From a virus (lineage: Duplodnaviria; Caudoviricetes): a stretch of DNA of 61,801 bases. The notes under the pieces are model-generated. The model was not told where the DNA came from. It worked only from the letters and a program-made list of their open reading frames with translations, and made no database searches. Positions within the stretch are counted from its first letter, which is position 1. Every line of letters begins with the position of its first letter. Of this stretch, positions 38,361 to 49,177 are shown piece after piece. The translations under genes and the position numbers were made by a program. The stretch spans positions 1 to 61,801 of the IMG/VR virus record IMGVR_UViG_3300001336_000004. One strand, written 5' to 3'.

Positions 38361-39919
38361 TGATGAATCTTCGGGATTACCAGGACGAAGCGATTCAACG
38401 GGTCGAGAAGGGCTGGTCCGAACACAAAAGGCAGGTTCTTGTTTTGCCGACGGGTTCAGGGAAAACGATTGTCTTCTCGTTCCTCGTGAAACGATACCCC
38501 GGTCGATGCCTGATTATTGCGCACACACAGAATCTGATCTTTCAGGCACAGGACAAGCTTCGGTCCGCGACGGGAATTCGGTCGTCGATTGAGATGGCGG
38601 AAGATAGGGCGGACCTCGATTCGCGCGTCGTCATCGCCTCGAGGCAGACTTTAGCGGGACGGATCGAGAAGTACGACCCCGAACACTTCGACTTTATCAT
38701 CGTTGATGAATGCCACCATATCCTCAGCGATGAATACATGAAGATAATGGATTACTTCAGGCCGAAGCACGTGCTTGGGGTGACAGCGACATTCGACCGT
38801 GCGGATCGGAAGAATCTCGGCCAGTTCTTTGAAAATATCGCTTATGAGGTGACGCTGTTCGATTTGATTCGCGACGGGTACCTGTCGAGGATTATGATCC
38901 GGGCGATACCAATCGACATCAACGTGAACGACCTGAAGATACAGGCCGGTGACTACAGCAAAGAGGAAATCCACAGAAAACTGAAGCCCCACCTTGCTGC
39001 GATTGCGGATCACGTCAAGAAGTACGCATTCTTCCGCAAGACGCTGATCTTTACCCCGCGCGTGGAAACAAGCGTTATCCTGACGCACGAATTGAACAGA
39101 ATCGGCATGAAGGCCGCGCATGTGGATGGTGCGATGAAGGAGAAGTGGGAAGTCCTTCAAGCCTTTTCCGACAACCAGTACAACGTTTTGTCCAACAGCA
39201 TGTTGCTCATGGAGGGATACGACGAACCAAGCATAGATTGCATCCTCAACCTTCGATTGACACGGCACCGCTCAACGTATAGTCAGATCGTTGGGCGTGG
39301 AACTCGGGTTTGTGAGGGCAAGGACGACCTTTTACTTCTTGACCCGCTCTTCCACCATGAAAGCCATAGTCTGATTCATCCCGCTCAGCTCATTGCGAGA
39401 TCGGCTGAGGAGGCGGATTGCATCACCAAGAAGTCAGCCCAGGCGAGTGAACCGACGGACATCGAGGACTTGCTTGCCCAAGCTGAGCAGGAGCGAGAAG
39501 ATCGCCTGAAGGAAGAAATGCTCAAGCGGCGGGCACGAAAGGCCCGAACGGTCGATGCAATGGAATATGCACTCAACGCACATGACATTGCGCTTGCGGA
39601 GTATGAGCCGGCAATGCCGTGGGAGTTCGAACCGGTTTCGGAGAAGCAAATCGAGACTTTGATTTCGAATGGGATTGATCCGGGGACAATTAAAAACAAA
39701 GGCCACGCATCGAAGGTGCTCGATTCGATATTTACGAGGCATCGGTTGAATATGGCAACAGCCAAGCAGGTAAGATTTCTTGTCCGGCATGGGCACCCAA
39801 GCCCTCATACTGCAAAATTTGAAGAAGCACGGGGTTGGATAGATGCCAAAATTCAAGTTCTCGGTTCCTACTCCAATGGAAGACCGAAGGAACGGCAAAA
39901 AGGTTTACAGAATCAATGA
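38360..39919 (+). CDS. SF2 DEAD/DEAH-box helicase
   Basis: LRDYQ, PTGSGKT, DECHH, TAT, EGYD, QIVGRGTR. Confidence 0.9.
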   Translation: MMNLRDYQDEAIQRVEKGWSEHKRQVLVLPTGSGKTIVFSFLVKRYPGRCLIIAHTQNLIFQAQDKLRSATGIRSSIEMAEDRADLDSRVVIASRQTLAGRIEKYDPEHFDFIIVDECHHILSDEYMKIMDYFRPKHVLGVTATFDRADRKNLGQFFENIAYEVTLFDLIRDGYLSRIMIRAIPIDINVNDLKIQAGDYSKEEIHRKLKPHLAAIADHVKKYAFFRKTLIFTPRVETSVILTHELNRIGMKAAHVDGAMKEKWEVLQAFSDNQYNVLSNSMLLMEGYDEPSIDCILNLRLTRHRSTYSQIVGRGTRVCEGKDDLLLLDPLFHHESHSLIHPAQLIARSAEEADCITKKSAQASEPTDIEDLLAQAEQEREDRLKEEMLKRRARKARTVDAMEYALNAHDIALAEYEPAMPWEFEPVSEKQIETLISNGIDPGTIKNKGHASKVLDSIFTRHRLNMATAKQVRFLVRHGHPSPHTAKFEEARGWIDAKIQVLGSYSNGRPKERQKGLQNQ

Positions 39920-41957
39920 AATCCGCGTCCCTAAATCGACCTATGATTACATCAACGGGCCGAAGACGCCGAACGGGATTTGCAACCGAACGCTTTATCA
40001 TAACGCTCAGCAGCTTTTCTGGAACGGAATGCCGCACGATGAGGCCCTTGATGTTTTGCGTTCATGTGTCGTGCGAGATGAAATTCCCGAGAGGGAAGCA
40101 ATCAGCACGATCTCCTCGGCGTATCGAAGCGAACCGCGCGAACCGATATATGACCCGGGCGTAAAAGAGGAAAAGATTACGCCACCCGCCATAAACTCCC
40201 TCTCCCCTCCACAAAAAGAACGAAAACAGAAGTCCACGAATCTTTCCCCGGTAAAAGACAATCCGGTCGAAAAATTCTTCCGGCTGATGTACAAAAAGGG
40301 CGACATGATTCGTGTTGTCACGGAAGAATTCGACGAGGAAAAAAAGACGTTCCATGTTCAGAGTGCTGGCGCGATTCGGGAATTTGATTTCTGGATCAGG
40401 CGGATTCAGGAGCACGGACGTTTGAATCACGGCGACCCCGGCGGCGGAATGCTTGCAAGCATAAACCCCGTATCCGCTTCCGCTGAAACCGGAGCCAAGG
40501 CGATTGATGTCACAGATTTCCGTTATGCTTTGATCGAATTTGACGACATTCCGATTGAGGATCAAAAGCGGATTCTCGTCGAATCGAATGTCCCGTGTCA
40601 GGTCGTTGTCCATTCGGGGAATAGATCCATCCATGCCGCTATCCCCGTGATGGCGAAGGATGCGAGGGAGTACGAGGAGAAAATCAACATTCTCTACGGC
40701 GTCTTCGAGGAATACGGCGTCGATATGCAGAACAAAATGCCGAACCGCAGCATTCGCATCGGGGGGCAACTTCGGGGGGGCGTGGAACAGTTCCTGCTCA
40801 ACGAGAAACCCATCGGCGCGGCATCCTTTTCAGAATGGCTTGCTTATCGGGAGATTGACAGCAGCGTTCCCGAGATCATCGGGTTCAGAAAATTCATGGA
40901 GTTCGACCCGGAGTCCGATGATCGCGTTCTGATCGGGAAGGGACGCTGGCTGTCAAAGGGGACGACCTGTATCTTTGCGGGAGAGTCCGGTATTGGAAAG
41001 TCATCCGCGCTTGTCCAAATGGCGATGTGCTGGGGCGCCGGACGCGACTTTTTCGGGATCGAACCGCGCCGACCGCTGAAGTCACTGGTGATCCAGGCGG
41101 AAAACGATCACGGCGATATGGGGGAAATGGTGCAAGGTGTTTTCCGGGGACTGAATTTCGGCCCGAGAGAAGAGGAACTTCTCTCGGAGAACCTTTATCT
41201 GGCGGAAGAGTCCATCCATACGGGCGCGGAATTCGCTCGTGTTTTGCACCGGCTGATTATGCTCAACAGACCTGACGTTGTTTGGTGTGACCCTCTTTTA
41301 AGCTATCTCGGCGATGACATTATGAAACAAAAAGAGGTATCGACTTTTCTTCGTCACCAGATTTTGCCAATCCTGAAGGTGACAGAAGCCCTGCTCTTCT
41401 TTTCTCATCATGCGGGGAAGCCGGATAAAGACGCGAAGGCGAAGTCCCACTGGCAGTCATCCTCGAGGAATTACGAAATGCTTGGCAGTTCCGACATCGT
41501 GAATTGGGCGAGAGCGACGATGCACTTGCAACAGGTCGGGAAAAACAAATTTGCGTTTCGTCTCGGGAAGCGCGGCGGGCGGTCAGGCGTCCCTAAAGAC
41601 CCCAAGACGGGGGATCACATAATCCTTCTCAAACAATCTGAGAACAAAAATATCTGTTGGCTCCCATACGAAGGCAACGAAGATGGCGATGCAGGCTCGT
41701 CAAAAGGGGCGCAGCACCCTCCGGTAAGCGTCAAGGATGCGTCGTGGATCATTTTCAGGAGCGCCTTGCTGGATGCGATACGAAGTATTCCCGAGAGTGA
41801 GCGAAGCGTGTCGAACGTGCTCTATCACATAATTCAAAAATCTAACATCGGGAGAACGACTGCGTGGAAGATTTGGCGGAAAGTGAAAGACCGAATTCAC
41901 GACGGGGACCAGTTCATTGTGTCGGAAATTGAGGGGGACGATGCGACTTTTATTTGA
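39843..41957 (+). CDS. Primase-helicase (RepB-like primase plus AAA_25/RepA-type helicase)
   Basis: YALIEFD..VHSGNRSIHA (primase); GESGIGKS, QAEND, WCDPL and HH (RecA-like helicase). Confidence 0.8.
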   Translation: MPKFKFSVPTPMEDRRNGKKVYRINEIRVPKSTYDYINGPKTPNGICNRTLYHNAQQLFWNGMPHDEALDVLRSCVVRDEIPEREAISTISSAYRSEPREPIYDPGVKEEKITPPAINSLSPPQKERKQKSTNLSPVKDNPVEKFFRLMYKKGDMIRVVTEEFDEEKKTFHVQSAGAIREFDFWIRRIQEHGRLNHGDPGGGMLASINPVSASAETGAKAIDVTDFRYALIEFDDIPIEDQKRILVESNVPCQVVVHSGNRSIHAAIPVMAKDAREYEEKINILYGVFEEYGVDMQNKMPNRSIRIGGQLRGGVEQFLLNEKPIGAASFSEWLAYREIDSSVPEIIGFRKFMEFDPESDDRVLIGKGRWLSKGTTCIFAGESGIGKSSALVQMAMCWGAGRDFFGIEPRRPLKSLVIQAENDHGDMGEMVQGVFRGLNFGPREEELLSENLYLAEESIHTGAEFARVLHRLIMLNRPDVVWCDPLLSYLGDDIMKQKEVSTFLRHQILPILKVTEALLFFSHHAGKPDKDAKAKSHWQSSSRNYEMLGSSDIVNWARATMHLQQVGKNKFAFRLGKRGGRSGVPKDPKTGDHIILLKQSENKNICWLPYEGNEDGDAGSSKGAQHPPVSVKDASWIIFRSALLDAIRSIPESERSVSNVLYHIIQKSNIGRTTAWKIWRKVKDRIHDGDQFIVSEIEGDDATFI

Positions 41958-42417
41958 GACGAGAGTCTTCGGCCTGCCTGTCCAGGTCGGGAGCAAGAAC
42001 GCCAGAAGCATCAACGGCAAGGTCGTTATTTATGACCAGACAGGAAAGAGGGGGAAGACGTGGCGCTCCGACATCAAGGAGGCCGTGAGAGATGCGTTCG
42101 ATGCCACGCCGCACCAAGGGCCGGTGGTCGTCAAAATGCTGTTCTACATGCCGCGCCCGAAGTATCATTATGGCACAGGGAAGAACAAAGATCGCCTCAA
42201 GCCGTCGGCTCCGAATTTCCACGACAAAATGCCAGACCTTGACAAACTTGAGCGGAACGTGAATGATGCTTTATCAAAAATTGCGATTTTGGACGATTGC
42301 AGCATATCGTCAGTTTTCAAAATGAAAATCTACGGGGAGAGGCCGGGAATGATGCTCAAGGTCTATGCACTTGAGCCGGATGATTTCTGCGAATTGATCG
42401 GGGAGTTCACTTTTTAA
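41941..42417 (+). CDS. rusA: RusA-family Holliday junction resolvase
   Basis: F.MPRPK.H..PDLDKL...V.DAL.....DD. Confidence 0.85.
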   Translation: MRLLFETRVFGLPVQVGSKNARSINGKVVIYDQTGKRGKTWRSDIKEAVRDAFDATPHQGPVVVKMLFYMPRPKYHYGTGKNKDRLKPSAPNFHDKMPDLDKLERNVNDALSKIAILDDCSISSVFKMKIYGERPGMMLKVYALEPDDFCELIGEFTF

Positions 42418-42418
42418 C

Positions 42419-42456
42419 AAGAAACCCCCGGTTGCCGAGGCCGGGGGCTTCTTGTT
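42419..42456 (+). terminator. Putative intrinsic terminator after the replication block
   Basis: AAGAAACCCCCGG..CCGGGGGCTTCTT hairpin followed by T-rich bases. Confidence 0.55.
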
Positions 42457-42532
42457 CCAGAACGGAATCGACACGGATGGGGTCCAGCCGATTGAGGTTC
42501 GATTTTCTCAATCTTCGCGAAACGGTGTCAAC

Positions 42533-42997
42533 ATGAAAGATTATAGCATCAATCCCATTCGCGTAGACGGCGGAAGGCTTCGGGATATTGACCGATCCGA
42601 AGATTTCGGGGAGCTGCCATCCGAAATGCCCGATAATGCCGCAGGGCTGAATGTGATCGAGCGCCACTTTCGGGATGGGCGCCTCATCGAGTTTCTGGAT
42701 GCAGCGTCCAAAAAGAACGCGAGCAAGGAGGATCAATCATTTCTGGAGGCATTCGCAAGAACAATGGTCGAATGCCTGAATGATGAGAAGCCGGAGATTC
42801 GCGTCCGCACCCTCAATTTGATTGCGAAAATCGGGTTCCCCGCCCCGAAAAATAAAATCGACACACAGGTACATATCAACTCGAAGGCGATGATCGGCAA
42901 GAGATCGAAGCAACTGCGCGAAATGGAGTTCTCCATTGATTCGTTCACATCCTCATACGACGACGATGAGGACGAAGATGAGGACGACGATGGCTAA
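42533..42997 (+). CDS. Putative terminase small subunit
   Basis: Position directly upstream of, and overlapping, the large subunit. Confidence 0.45.
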   Translation: MKDYSINPIRVDGGRLRDIDRSEDFGELPSEMPDNAAGLNVIERHFRDGRLIEFLDAASKKNASKEDQSFLEAFARTMVECLNDEKPEIRVRTLNLIAKIGFPAPKNKIDTQVHINSKAMIGKRSKQLREMEFSIDSFTSSYDDDEDEDEDDDG

Positions 42998-44621
42998 ATC
43001 GGTTGAGAAGAAAATGGGGCGGATTCGCGCTCTTCGTCAAAAGTACCAGTCCAGTCTCAGGTTGTTCTGTCGCGATATTTGGGATTACCCGCGCCATGAA
43101 CATTTAATGTCCATGTTTTGGGAATCGACATTCGACGATCCGTTCTTCGACGATATTTTTGAACACGCGGATCGGTGTCGCGAAAAGTGGGACGATCTGG
43201 TTCTTGTCAGTCGCGGGCATCTCAAGTCAACGATCTTTACCTGCGCCGATTCCGTTCGCGAAGCCCTGCAAGACCCGAACGTCCGCATCGCCATTGTCTC
43301 ACATTCAGATAACGAAGCGCAGAAGTTCCTGATGGCAATCCGTATGAGGCTCGAGAAATCAGAGCGAATTCTTTCGTTGTGGGGGGAGGATGTCGGCGGT
43401 CCTGTCTGGCTTTCCCCGAAAAGAGGGGCGCACAGATGGACCAATCAGGCGATCACACTCAAGCGAAGCATTGAGTCCGTCGAATCGACATTCGAAGCGT
43501 TCGGGATTGAGAACCTGCCCACGGGACGACACTATACGCACATCGTTTTTGACGATATTGTGACGATGGAGAACGTCCGCACCCGGGAGCGCCGGCAAAA
43601 GCTCAAGGGCCAGTACCAACACGCGCTTTCGATGCTCGAGTCAAAGGCGATGGGAGCGAAGGAGCGGAACATCGGCACCCGATACCATGTGGACGATCAT
43701 TATTCCTTCATCATGGATGTGAAAATACCGCCGGAGAGGGTCATCCAGAAGCATTGCTGGGCCGATGACGGGAAGACAATCGCCGCCTGCCGATCCATGC
43801 ACAACCGCGACTCCCTGATGGACCTTCGTCGAACGCAAGGGTCATTTATCTTTCTTTGCCAATACGAAATGAATCCCTACGATGAAAGTGTCACCGTCTT
43901 CAAAACACACAACATTCGCTATTTTTCGAGCAGCCACAAACCAAAGATGATCCAGACGTTGGTTGTTGTTGACCCGTCCCTGAACAAAAAACCCAGTTCG
44001 GACCCCATTGGTGTCGCGATTATCGGGACGGACGGATTCTATCGGTATGTGATTGATGCGTTCGAAATCCGAATGCGCCCGACGCAGATTCTCGAGTCGC
44101 TTTGGGAGCACTACAAACTCCATGATTGCGACGGCATTTTGTTTGAAAATCAGGGATTTCAGGACTTGCTTAGCGACTATTGGAATGAAGAGGCGATTCG
44201 CAGTAACTTCGATGTGAACATCATTCCGTTTCGCCGCAGCCTGACGATGGCATCGAAAAATACGAGGATATTGAGCCTCCTGCCGTTTTACGAGTCCGGT
44301 CGAATGTTCCACTCCGATCACCTTCAGGACTCTCAGTTCGAGGAAGACCTGGTTCGGTTTAATCCCGAGATCAAGGAAAACAATGACCACATGCTGGATT
44401 GCGTTGAGATGGGGGCCAGCTTTCTCTCGGTTTGGATTGGGGATCAGGGAGCCGGTAAAGAACCGAAAGAGGTAGACGCAAGCACAAAGAAGCCCCCGGA
44501 TGCCATTGTTATCGAAAATTCAAGAATGCAAATTTTGAAAAAGTTCGATCAGGAGCAAACGAACTGTGACCCGTGCATGAAAATATACGGGTCGAATTCT
44601 GATTTCGGAGGGATGCTATGA
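42990..44621 (+). CDS. terL: Terminase large subunit
   Basis: SRGHLKST (Walker A), TGRHY..IVFDD (Walker B), IGTRY, VDPS and NDHMLD (nuclease). Confidence 0.9.
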   Translation: MAKSVEKKMGRIRALRQKYQSSLRLFCRDIWDYPRHEHLMSMFWESTFDDPFFDDIFEHADRCREKWDDLVLVSRGHLKSTIFTCADSVREALQDPNVRIAIVSHSDNEAQKFLMAIRMRLEKSERILSLWGEDVGGPVWLSPKRGAHRWTNQAITLKRSIESVESTFEAFGIENLPTGRHYTHIVFDDIVTMENVRTRERRQKLKGQYQHALSMLESKAMGAKERNIGTRYHVDDHYSFIMDVKIPPERVIQKHCWADDGKTIAACRSMHNRDSLMDLRRTQGSFIFLCQYEMNPYDESVTVFKTHNIRYFSSSHKPKMIQTLVVVDPSLNKKPSSDPIGVAIIGTDGFYRYVIDAFEIRMRPTQILESLWEHYKLHDCDGILFENQGFQDLLSDYWNEEAIRSNFDVNIIPFRRSLTMASKNTRILSLLPFYESGRMFHSDHLQDSQFEEDLVRFNPEIKENNDHMLDCVEMGASFLSVWIGDQGAGKEPKEVDASTKKPPDAIVIENSRMQILKKFDQEQTNCDPCMKIYGSNSDFGGML

Positions 44622-45025
44622 GTTGGGAGGCTATTGCGGTCATGGCTGCCGCGGGGATTTATGTGTTCGCGGTGAACGCAGTCGCGTGGAGGGTGCAGGG
44701 GGCGCTGCTGCGCCTGGTGGACAACGAGAGGGAGAACAACAGGCGGGCGACGACGGAAATGATCGAACGTGTGCTTGAGAAACAAAACAGGAATATCGAA
44801 TCCATGCTGGCCCGATTGTTCCCTGATCCGAGAAGCGAGAGCGGTCCGAACGAAAGCGAGTTCGGCGTCTTCGATGATTTGCCGGTAAGAAAGGGGCCGA
44901 TGGGGGAGCGGCTGGGTCCGTTGGCGGCACTGGAAAGCGAATGGAACGAGAACGGTGACGATGGAGAGGAGGATACCCCCGCATCAATTCGAGCGATTGG
45001 AAAAGAACAGGTTGATCGGACATGA
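44618..45025 (+). CDS. Hypothetical protein with an N-terminal TM helix
   Basis: Hydrophobic N-terminus followed by a coiled coil; ATGA overlap. Confidence 0.55.
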   Translation: MSWEAIAVMAAAGIYVFAVNAVAWRVQGALLRLVDNERENNRRATTEMIERVLEKQNRNIESMLARLFPDPRSESGPNESEFGVFDDLPVRKGPMGERLGPLAALESEWNENGDDGEEDTPASIRAIGKEQVDRT

Positions 45026-45256
45026 GTCCATGGGGGGAACGGTACTGGGCCGGGGAGCGCATTGATTGGACTCAGCACACTCCTTACTACGATGAGGGGT
45101 ACATTCTCTACGGGAAGAGAGGCATGAGGATGAAGAGGAAATGCGCCCCGCGCGTGAATCTCGAAATCAGTCCGTTGATCTGTATTAAGAAAAAAGTTAT
45201 TGACGGCAGGTTCAGGCTCGTGAAAATTTTTGCTCAGGCTTTGGAGGACTCCGAGG

Positions 45257-47398
45257 ATGGCGGTAGCCGATACTATTTCTAACCTCTTTTCCGAGGAAGA
45301 TCGCGCCAAGACGGAACAACTGAATTTCTCAGAAATCCAGGAGTGGAAGGAGCGTCTTCGGAGGTCAGCGAAACGGAAGAACAGCCTGACAACCCATTGG
45401 GACAAGTGCCTCGCTCTCTACCGTGGAGAACACTGGAAATATACCAATCCAACTACGGGACAACTTGCCGTTGATCATGTTTTCAGTCAGCGCTCGATCA
45501 TCATCAATCTTATCCGCAATATGTGTCATGTTGCCGCCGCGAATGTTTACGGCGAGCGGCGAGAACCCGAGTTCGTTCCCAACATTCACCAGGGCGAAGA
45601 ATCAATCATCGCCGCCAGAAATAACACCCTCGCGATCCGCCATTTGAATCAGCGCAACAAAACGGAGTCGCTGAACTATCAGCTTCTCGTGAATTGCGCA
45701 ATTTTCGGGACATGTTTCAAATATGCCACGTGGGACGATCAGGCCGTTGCGTCGGTAAAACAGCCGCAGTACATGATCGAAATCAGCCCCGACGGGAGTC
45801 CCGTCGTTGTTGATATGCGAGAAGAGATCGTCAGGGGGCCTTACGGGGATGTTCGGGAGGGGATTGCCCTTCCATACGAAGTTTTCCTTCCAGAGGGCGT
45901 GACCGAACTGGATGACGATACGGGCTGGGTCATTCGCGCACTAATCAAACCGGTCCAGTATATCAAAAATCGGTATGGCGATCAAATTGCCGAGCAAGTC
46001 GAAAGAACCACGGGCGGGGCATATACCGACCAAGCATTCTCTGACATGCGGGACTTGATCGAGAACTTCGAGCGGTCCGGTGATCGTGATGTCGCGAGCG
46101 ATTCCGATAAGACCGTCAACGTTTACGAATGCTGGAAGAAGTATCCCGACCTCGGCATGTGGGGGCGATTTGTAATCGTCGGCTCGATGCACCTGAACCC
46201 CGGGGAAGACCTCTTTCCATTCCTTCCACTGACCGAATATCATTGGTTCCCGGAGCCGGCGGCGTTTTGGGGAACGGGGCTGATCACGGACCTCGAGCGC
46301 CCGCAACGGCTTTACAATTACTACCACACGCAGGCCCTGCATTCGCATCGCCTCTCGGCAAAACCGTTCGTGATGCTCCCCAAGAACGCGCAGGCGTCCC
46401 CGATCACAAACGAATACGCGACAATCGTTGAGTATAAGGGCAATCAGTTCACGGCGAAGCCCGTCGTGATCAACTTCAAGTCGATGCCCCAGGAAGTCAT
46501 TCAGGCGTTGCGTGACCTCAAAAACGAGATGTACGACATCAGCGGCATTCAGCCCGCAACGCTTGGCATTTCCCAGGCAAACGTTCGAAGCGCAGAGCAA
46601 TTTCAATCGCAACGGGAATCCGGCGTGATTTCGCTGGATAAAATCAATCAGGCATTCTTCGACCAGGAAGCACGTCACGCCAAAAAGCAGCTTGCATTGA
46701 TGCGCAACGGCTACACCGAAATGCGCTGGATTCAGGTTGTCGGCGCATCATGGGGGAGTATGGCGAAAGAGATCAGTGGGGATTCTCTCGATCCCTACTG
46801 CGAATGCCAATATGTACGAAGTCGCTACTATGCGCGCTCGTTCGAGGAGCGGATGCAGTTGACGCTTCAACTTGCTCAGTCCGGCTTATTCCAGCCGGGC
46901 CGGGAAGCGGAACTGAAGCGTGTTTCCGAAATCCTGAATCTTTCGACCGGTTCCGAAGACGTGATGTTTGATGACGAAAACAGTACATTTCGGCAAGTGG
47001 CCGCCGAGAATGCGGCGTTCAAGAAGGGGGAGGTGGCGATCAGGGCGATGCAATCACCGGACGACCCCTCGCGCCAGATTCAGGTTGTTGTCAACCAGAG
47101 AACAGGGTCGCGCCCCTTCAAGCCATATCAGGATCATTATCAGCACATCGAGTATCACAATCGGATGCGCAATACGACGGAATTTGAGTCGTGGACGCCG
47201 CAGGCCCAAGAACTTTACAGTTTCCACATTGACATGGAACACGGCGGCTTCATTGCGAATCAGATGCGGAATGCCAAGCAGGAGCAAATTGAAAGCGCCC
47301 GGGAAAATGCAAAGATCGAGCAGCTCAAGAAAATGAATCCGACAGGTCGGTCGGAAGAAGACCTTGATCTCGATGACGTGCTTGGGCTATTAACCTGA
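45257..47398 (+). CDS. Portal protein
   Basis: About 713 aa after terL; FWGTGLITDL..PQ..YN and DISG..ATLG are P22-like portal features. Confidence 0.8.
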   Translation: MAVADTISNLFSEEDRAKTEQLNFSEIQEWKERLRRSAKRKNSLTTHWDKCLALYRGEHWKYTNPTTGQLAVDHVFSQRSIIINLIRNMCHVAAANVYGERREPEFVPNIHQGEESIIAARNNTLAIRHLNQRNKTESLNYQLLVNCAIFGTCFKYATWDDQAVASVKQPQYMIEISPDGSPVVVDMREEIVRGPYGDVREGIALPYEVFLPEGVTELDDDTGWVIRALIKPVQYIKNRYGDQIAEQVERTTGGAYTDQAFSDMRDLIENFERSGDRDVASDSDKTVNVYECWKKYPDLGMWGRFVIVGSMHLNPGEDLFPFLPLTEYHWFPEPAAFWGTGLITDLERPQRLYNYYHTQALHSHRLSAKPFVMLPKNAQASPITNEYATIVEYKGNQFTAKPVVINFKSMPQEVIQALRDLKNEMYDISGIQPATLGISQANVRSAEQFQSQRESGVISLDKINQAFFDQEARHAKKQLALMRNGYTEMRWIQVVGASWGSMAKEISGDSLDPYCECQYVRSRYYARSFEERMQLTLQLAQSGLFQPGREAELKRVSEILNLSTGSEDVMFDDENSTFRQVAAENAAFKKGEVAIRAMQSPDDPSRQIQVVVNQRTGSRPFKPYQDHYQHIEYHNRMRNTTEFESWTPQAQELYSFHIDMEHGGFIANQMRNAKQEQIESARENAKIEQLKKMNPTGRSEEDLDLDDVLGLLT

Positions 47399-47414
47399 TG
47401 GAGGAGTAAGAGAA

Positions 47415-47885
47415 ATGGCAAAGCAAAAAAACAAAGACGCTGAAGCGCGGTCGGACGAATCGCTTGATGACATCATCTTCGGGCGTGACGAGGAACGCGA
47501 ATCCGATGATTCGAATGATACTCAAATGTTTCTTGGCGAAGCGCCGGACATGACACCGCCGCCGACGAAGCCGGACATGACACCGCCTCCTGCAAGGCCC
47601 GAGAAAACCGAAAGCGACATGCAGGTGCAGCGCGTTCGTCTTCGGCGCGAGTTCGAGCGCCCCAAGGCCAAAATTTCCGACCCGGACTTCCGAGACGAAA
47701 TCCGTTCGGCGTACAACAGCAAGTCCAAGGAAAAACTCGTCAAGTGGGCGAACGAGCGGTTCGGGGCGAATCTGCGCCCTGAATTATTTGACGCCACTTT
47801 GCGCAATATCTCGAGACGCGCGACACGGCATGAGCGGAGAGTTCTGTCCGTCATCAACGCCCTGATTTCAGCAATCGAGCAATAA
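47415..47885 (+). CDS. Hypothetical protein
   Basis: GGAGGAG RBS; lies between portal and scaffold. Confidence 0.6.
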   Translation: MAKQKNKDAEARSDESLDDIIFGRDEERESDDSNDTQMFLGEAPDMTPPPTKPDMTPPPARPEKTESDMQVQRVRLRREFERPKAKISDPDFRDEIRSAYNSKSKEKLVKWANERFGANLRPELFDATLRNISRRATRHERRVLSVINALISAIEQ

Positions 47886-47899
47886 AAACGGAGGCTCAA

Positions 47900-49159
47900 A
47901 TGTTAAACGACTTCCCGAAACACGCGAACATTTCATTTGAATCTGATCCGGCGCCGTCCGGGGCAGGAACTCGAGATGCGGATGTGCCGAAGGAGCCGGG
48001 TGGCGGTGGTGATCTTCCGTCCACCGGAGAACTTGGAGATGCAATCGAAAATCTGTTCAGTCAGCAGGAAGCAGCAAGCCATCAAACAAATGAGCCTTCT
48101 GAAAGTGCGGACCGCGATTCCGGCGGGACGCAGGGGGAACCTCTCGATCAAGAGGACCAGAAGGATCAGACTCCGACGGGTGGCGAGCCGAAAGGTGACG
48201 CAGGGGATGAAAATCTCATTGCGGACCTTTTCCCTGATGGTGAACAGACCGTGGAAGACGCCTCGGTGCAGGACGAAGCCGATGTCCAGACGATCAAGGT
48301 CAACGTTTGGGACAGTGAAGCACAGGGGCAGATCGAAGCCGAGCTCACGCCTGAAGAAGTCCAAGGGCTTCATTTCGATGCAACAAACTGGCGGGCGCTC
48401 GAGACGTTCTACCAGAACAACCCCGAAAAAGCGGCTGAGCGCCTCATTCAGCACCTGAATGAGGTGACGGGCCAAGAGTTCAGTCTTCAACCCCAGCAGG
48501 CGGTCAACCTGCCCGAGAATGTGATGGAAAAATACTGGGAAGCTCGGGCGACGGAAATCCGCGACGAAGAGGAACAGAAGGCGATTGATGACAACGGCGA
48601 CCCGGATGATTATTCCGTTAAGCGGGAGATCAACCGCGCCGTCGAGCAACGCCTCAAGCAGGAGAAGGAAGAACTCAAGTTGGCCCCACAACAGCCTGTT
48701 GAGATCGAGCAGGAGATTCAGAATCGCCAACGGCAGTATCAGGAGCATATTGAGCAGGTCCAAAAGCAGACCGCCAAAGAGTTTCGGGCCTTTCTTTCGG
48801 AAAAGAAAATTCCAGTCGAAAGCCCGGAATACAAGGACGTGCGCGATGCCATTTGGGCGCTTTCGCTCAACAGCGCAACCAATGCTGTCGGGAAAAATGC
48901 CGCGAATCGAAGTGATCGTGATTTCTTCGAGGATGGCTTCAATGCGTTGAATCGCTTGATTTCGGCTGCAAAATCTGCGGCTGTGAGTCGATCCAGGTCC
49001 AAGCCACCGAACATCGAAACGCAGGTGCAGGGCAACGGGGCGCATTTAACGCCGGCGCAACGTCGGCTTCAGATCAACACTCCAGAACATCAGGAATCAC
49101 TCGAGCAGTCTGTGGAACAACTGTTCGGCGGTGCAGGCATGGGGGGTCTGACGAAATAA
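47900..49159 (+). CDS. Putative capsid scaffolding protein
   Basis: Acidic disordered N-terminus plus coiled coil, directly before the capsid gene. Confidence 0.65.
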   Translation: MLNDFPKHANISFESDPAPSGAGTRDADVPKEPGGGGDLPSTGELGDAIENLFSQQEAASHQTNEPSESADRDSGGTQGEPLDQEDQKDQTPTGGEPKGDAGDENLIADLFPDGEQTVEDASVQDEADVQTIKVNVWDSEAQGQIEAELTPEEVQGLHFDATNWRALETFYQNNPEKAAERLIQHLNEVTGQEFSLQPQQAVNLPENVMEKYWEARATEIRDEEEQKAIDDNGDPDDYSVKREINRAVEQRLKQEKEELKLAPQQPVEIEQEIQNRQRQYQEHIEQVQKQTAKEFRAFLSEKKIPVESPEYKDVRDAIWALSLNSATNAVGKNAANRSDRDFFEDGFNALNRLISAAKSAAVSRSRSKPPNIETQVQGNGAHLTPAQRRLQINTPEHQESLEQSVEQLFGGAGMGGLTK

Positions 49160-49177
49160 TGAAAAAGGTGAAACAGC

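Noticed and set aside
45022-45282. 86-aa ORF between the TM protein and the portal
   Set aside because: It is plausible by position but has no motif or clear RBS, so there is not enough support to call it.
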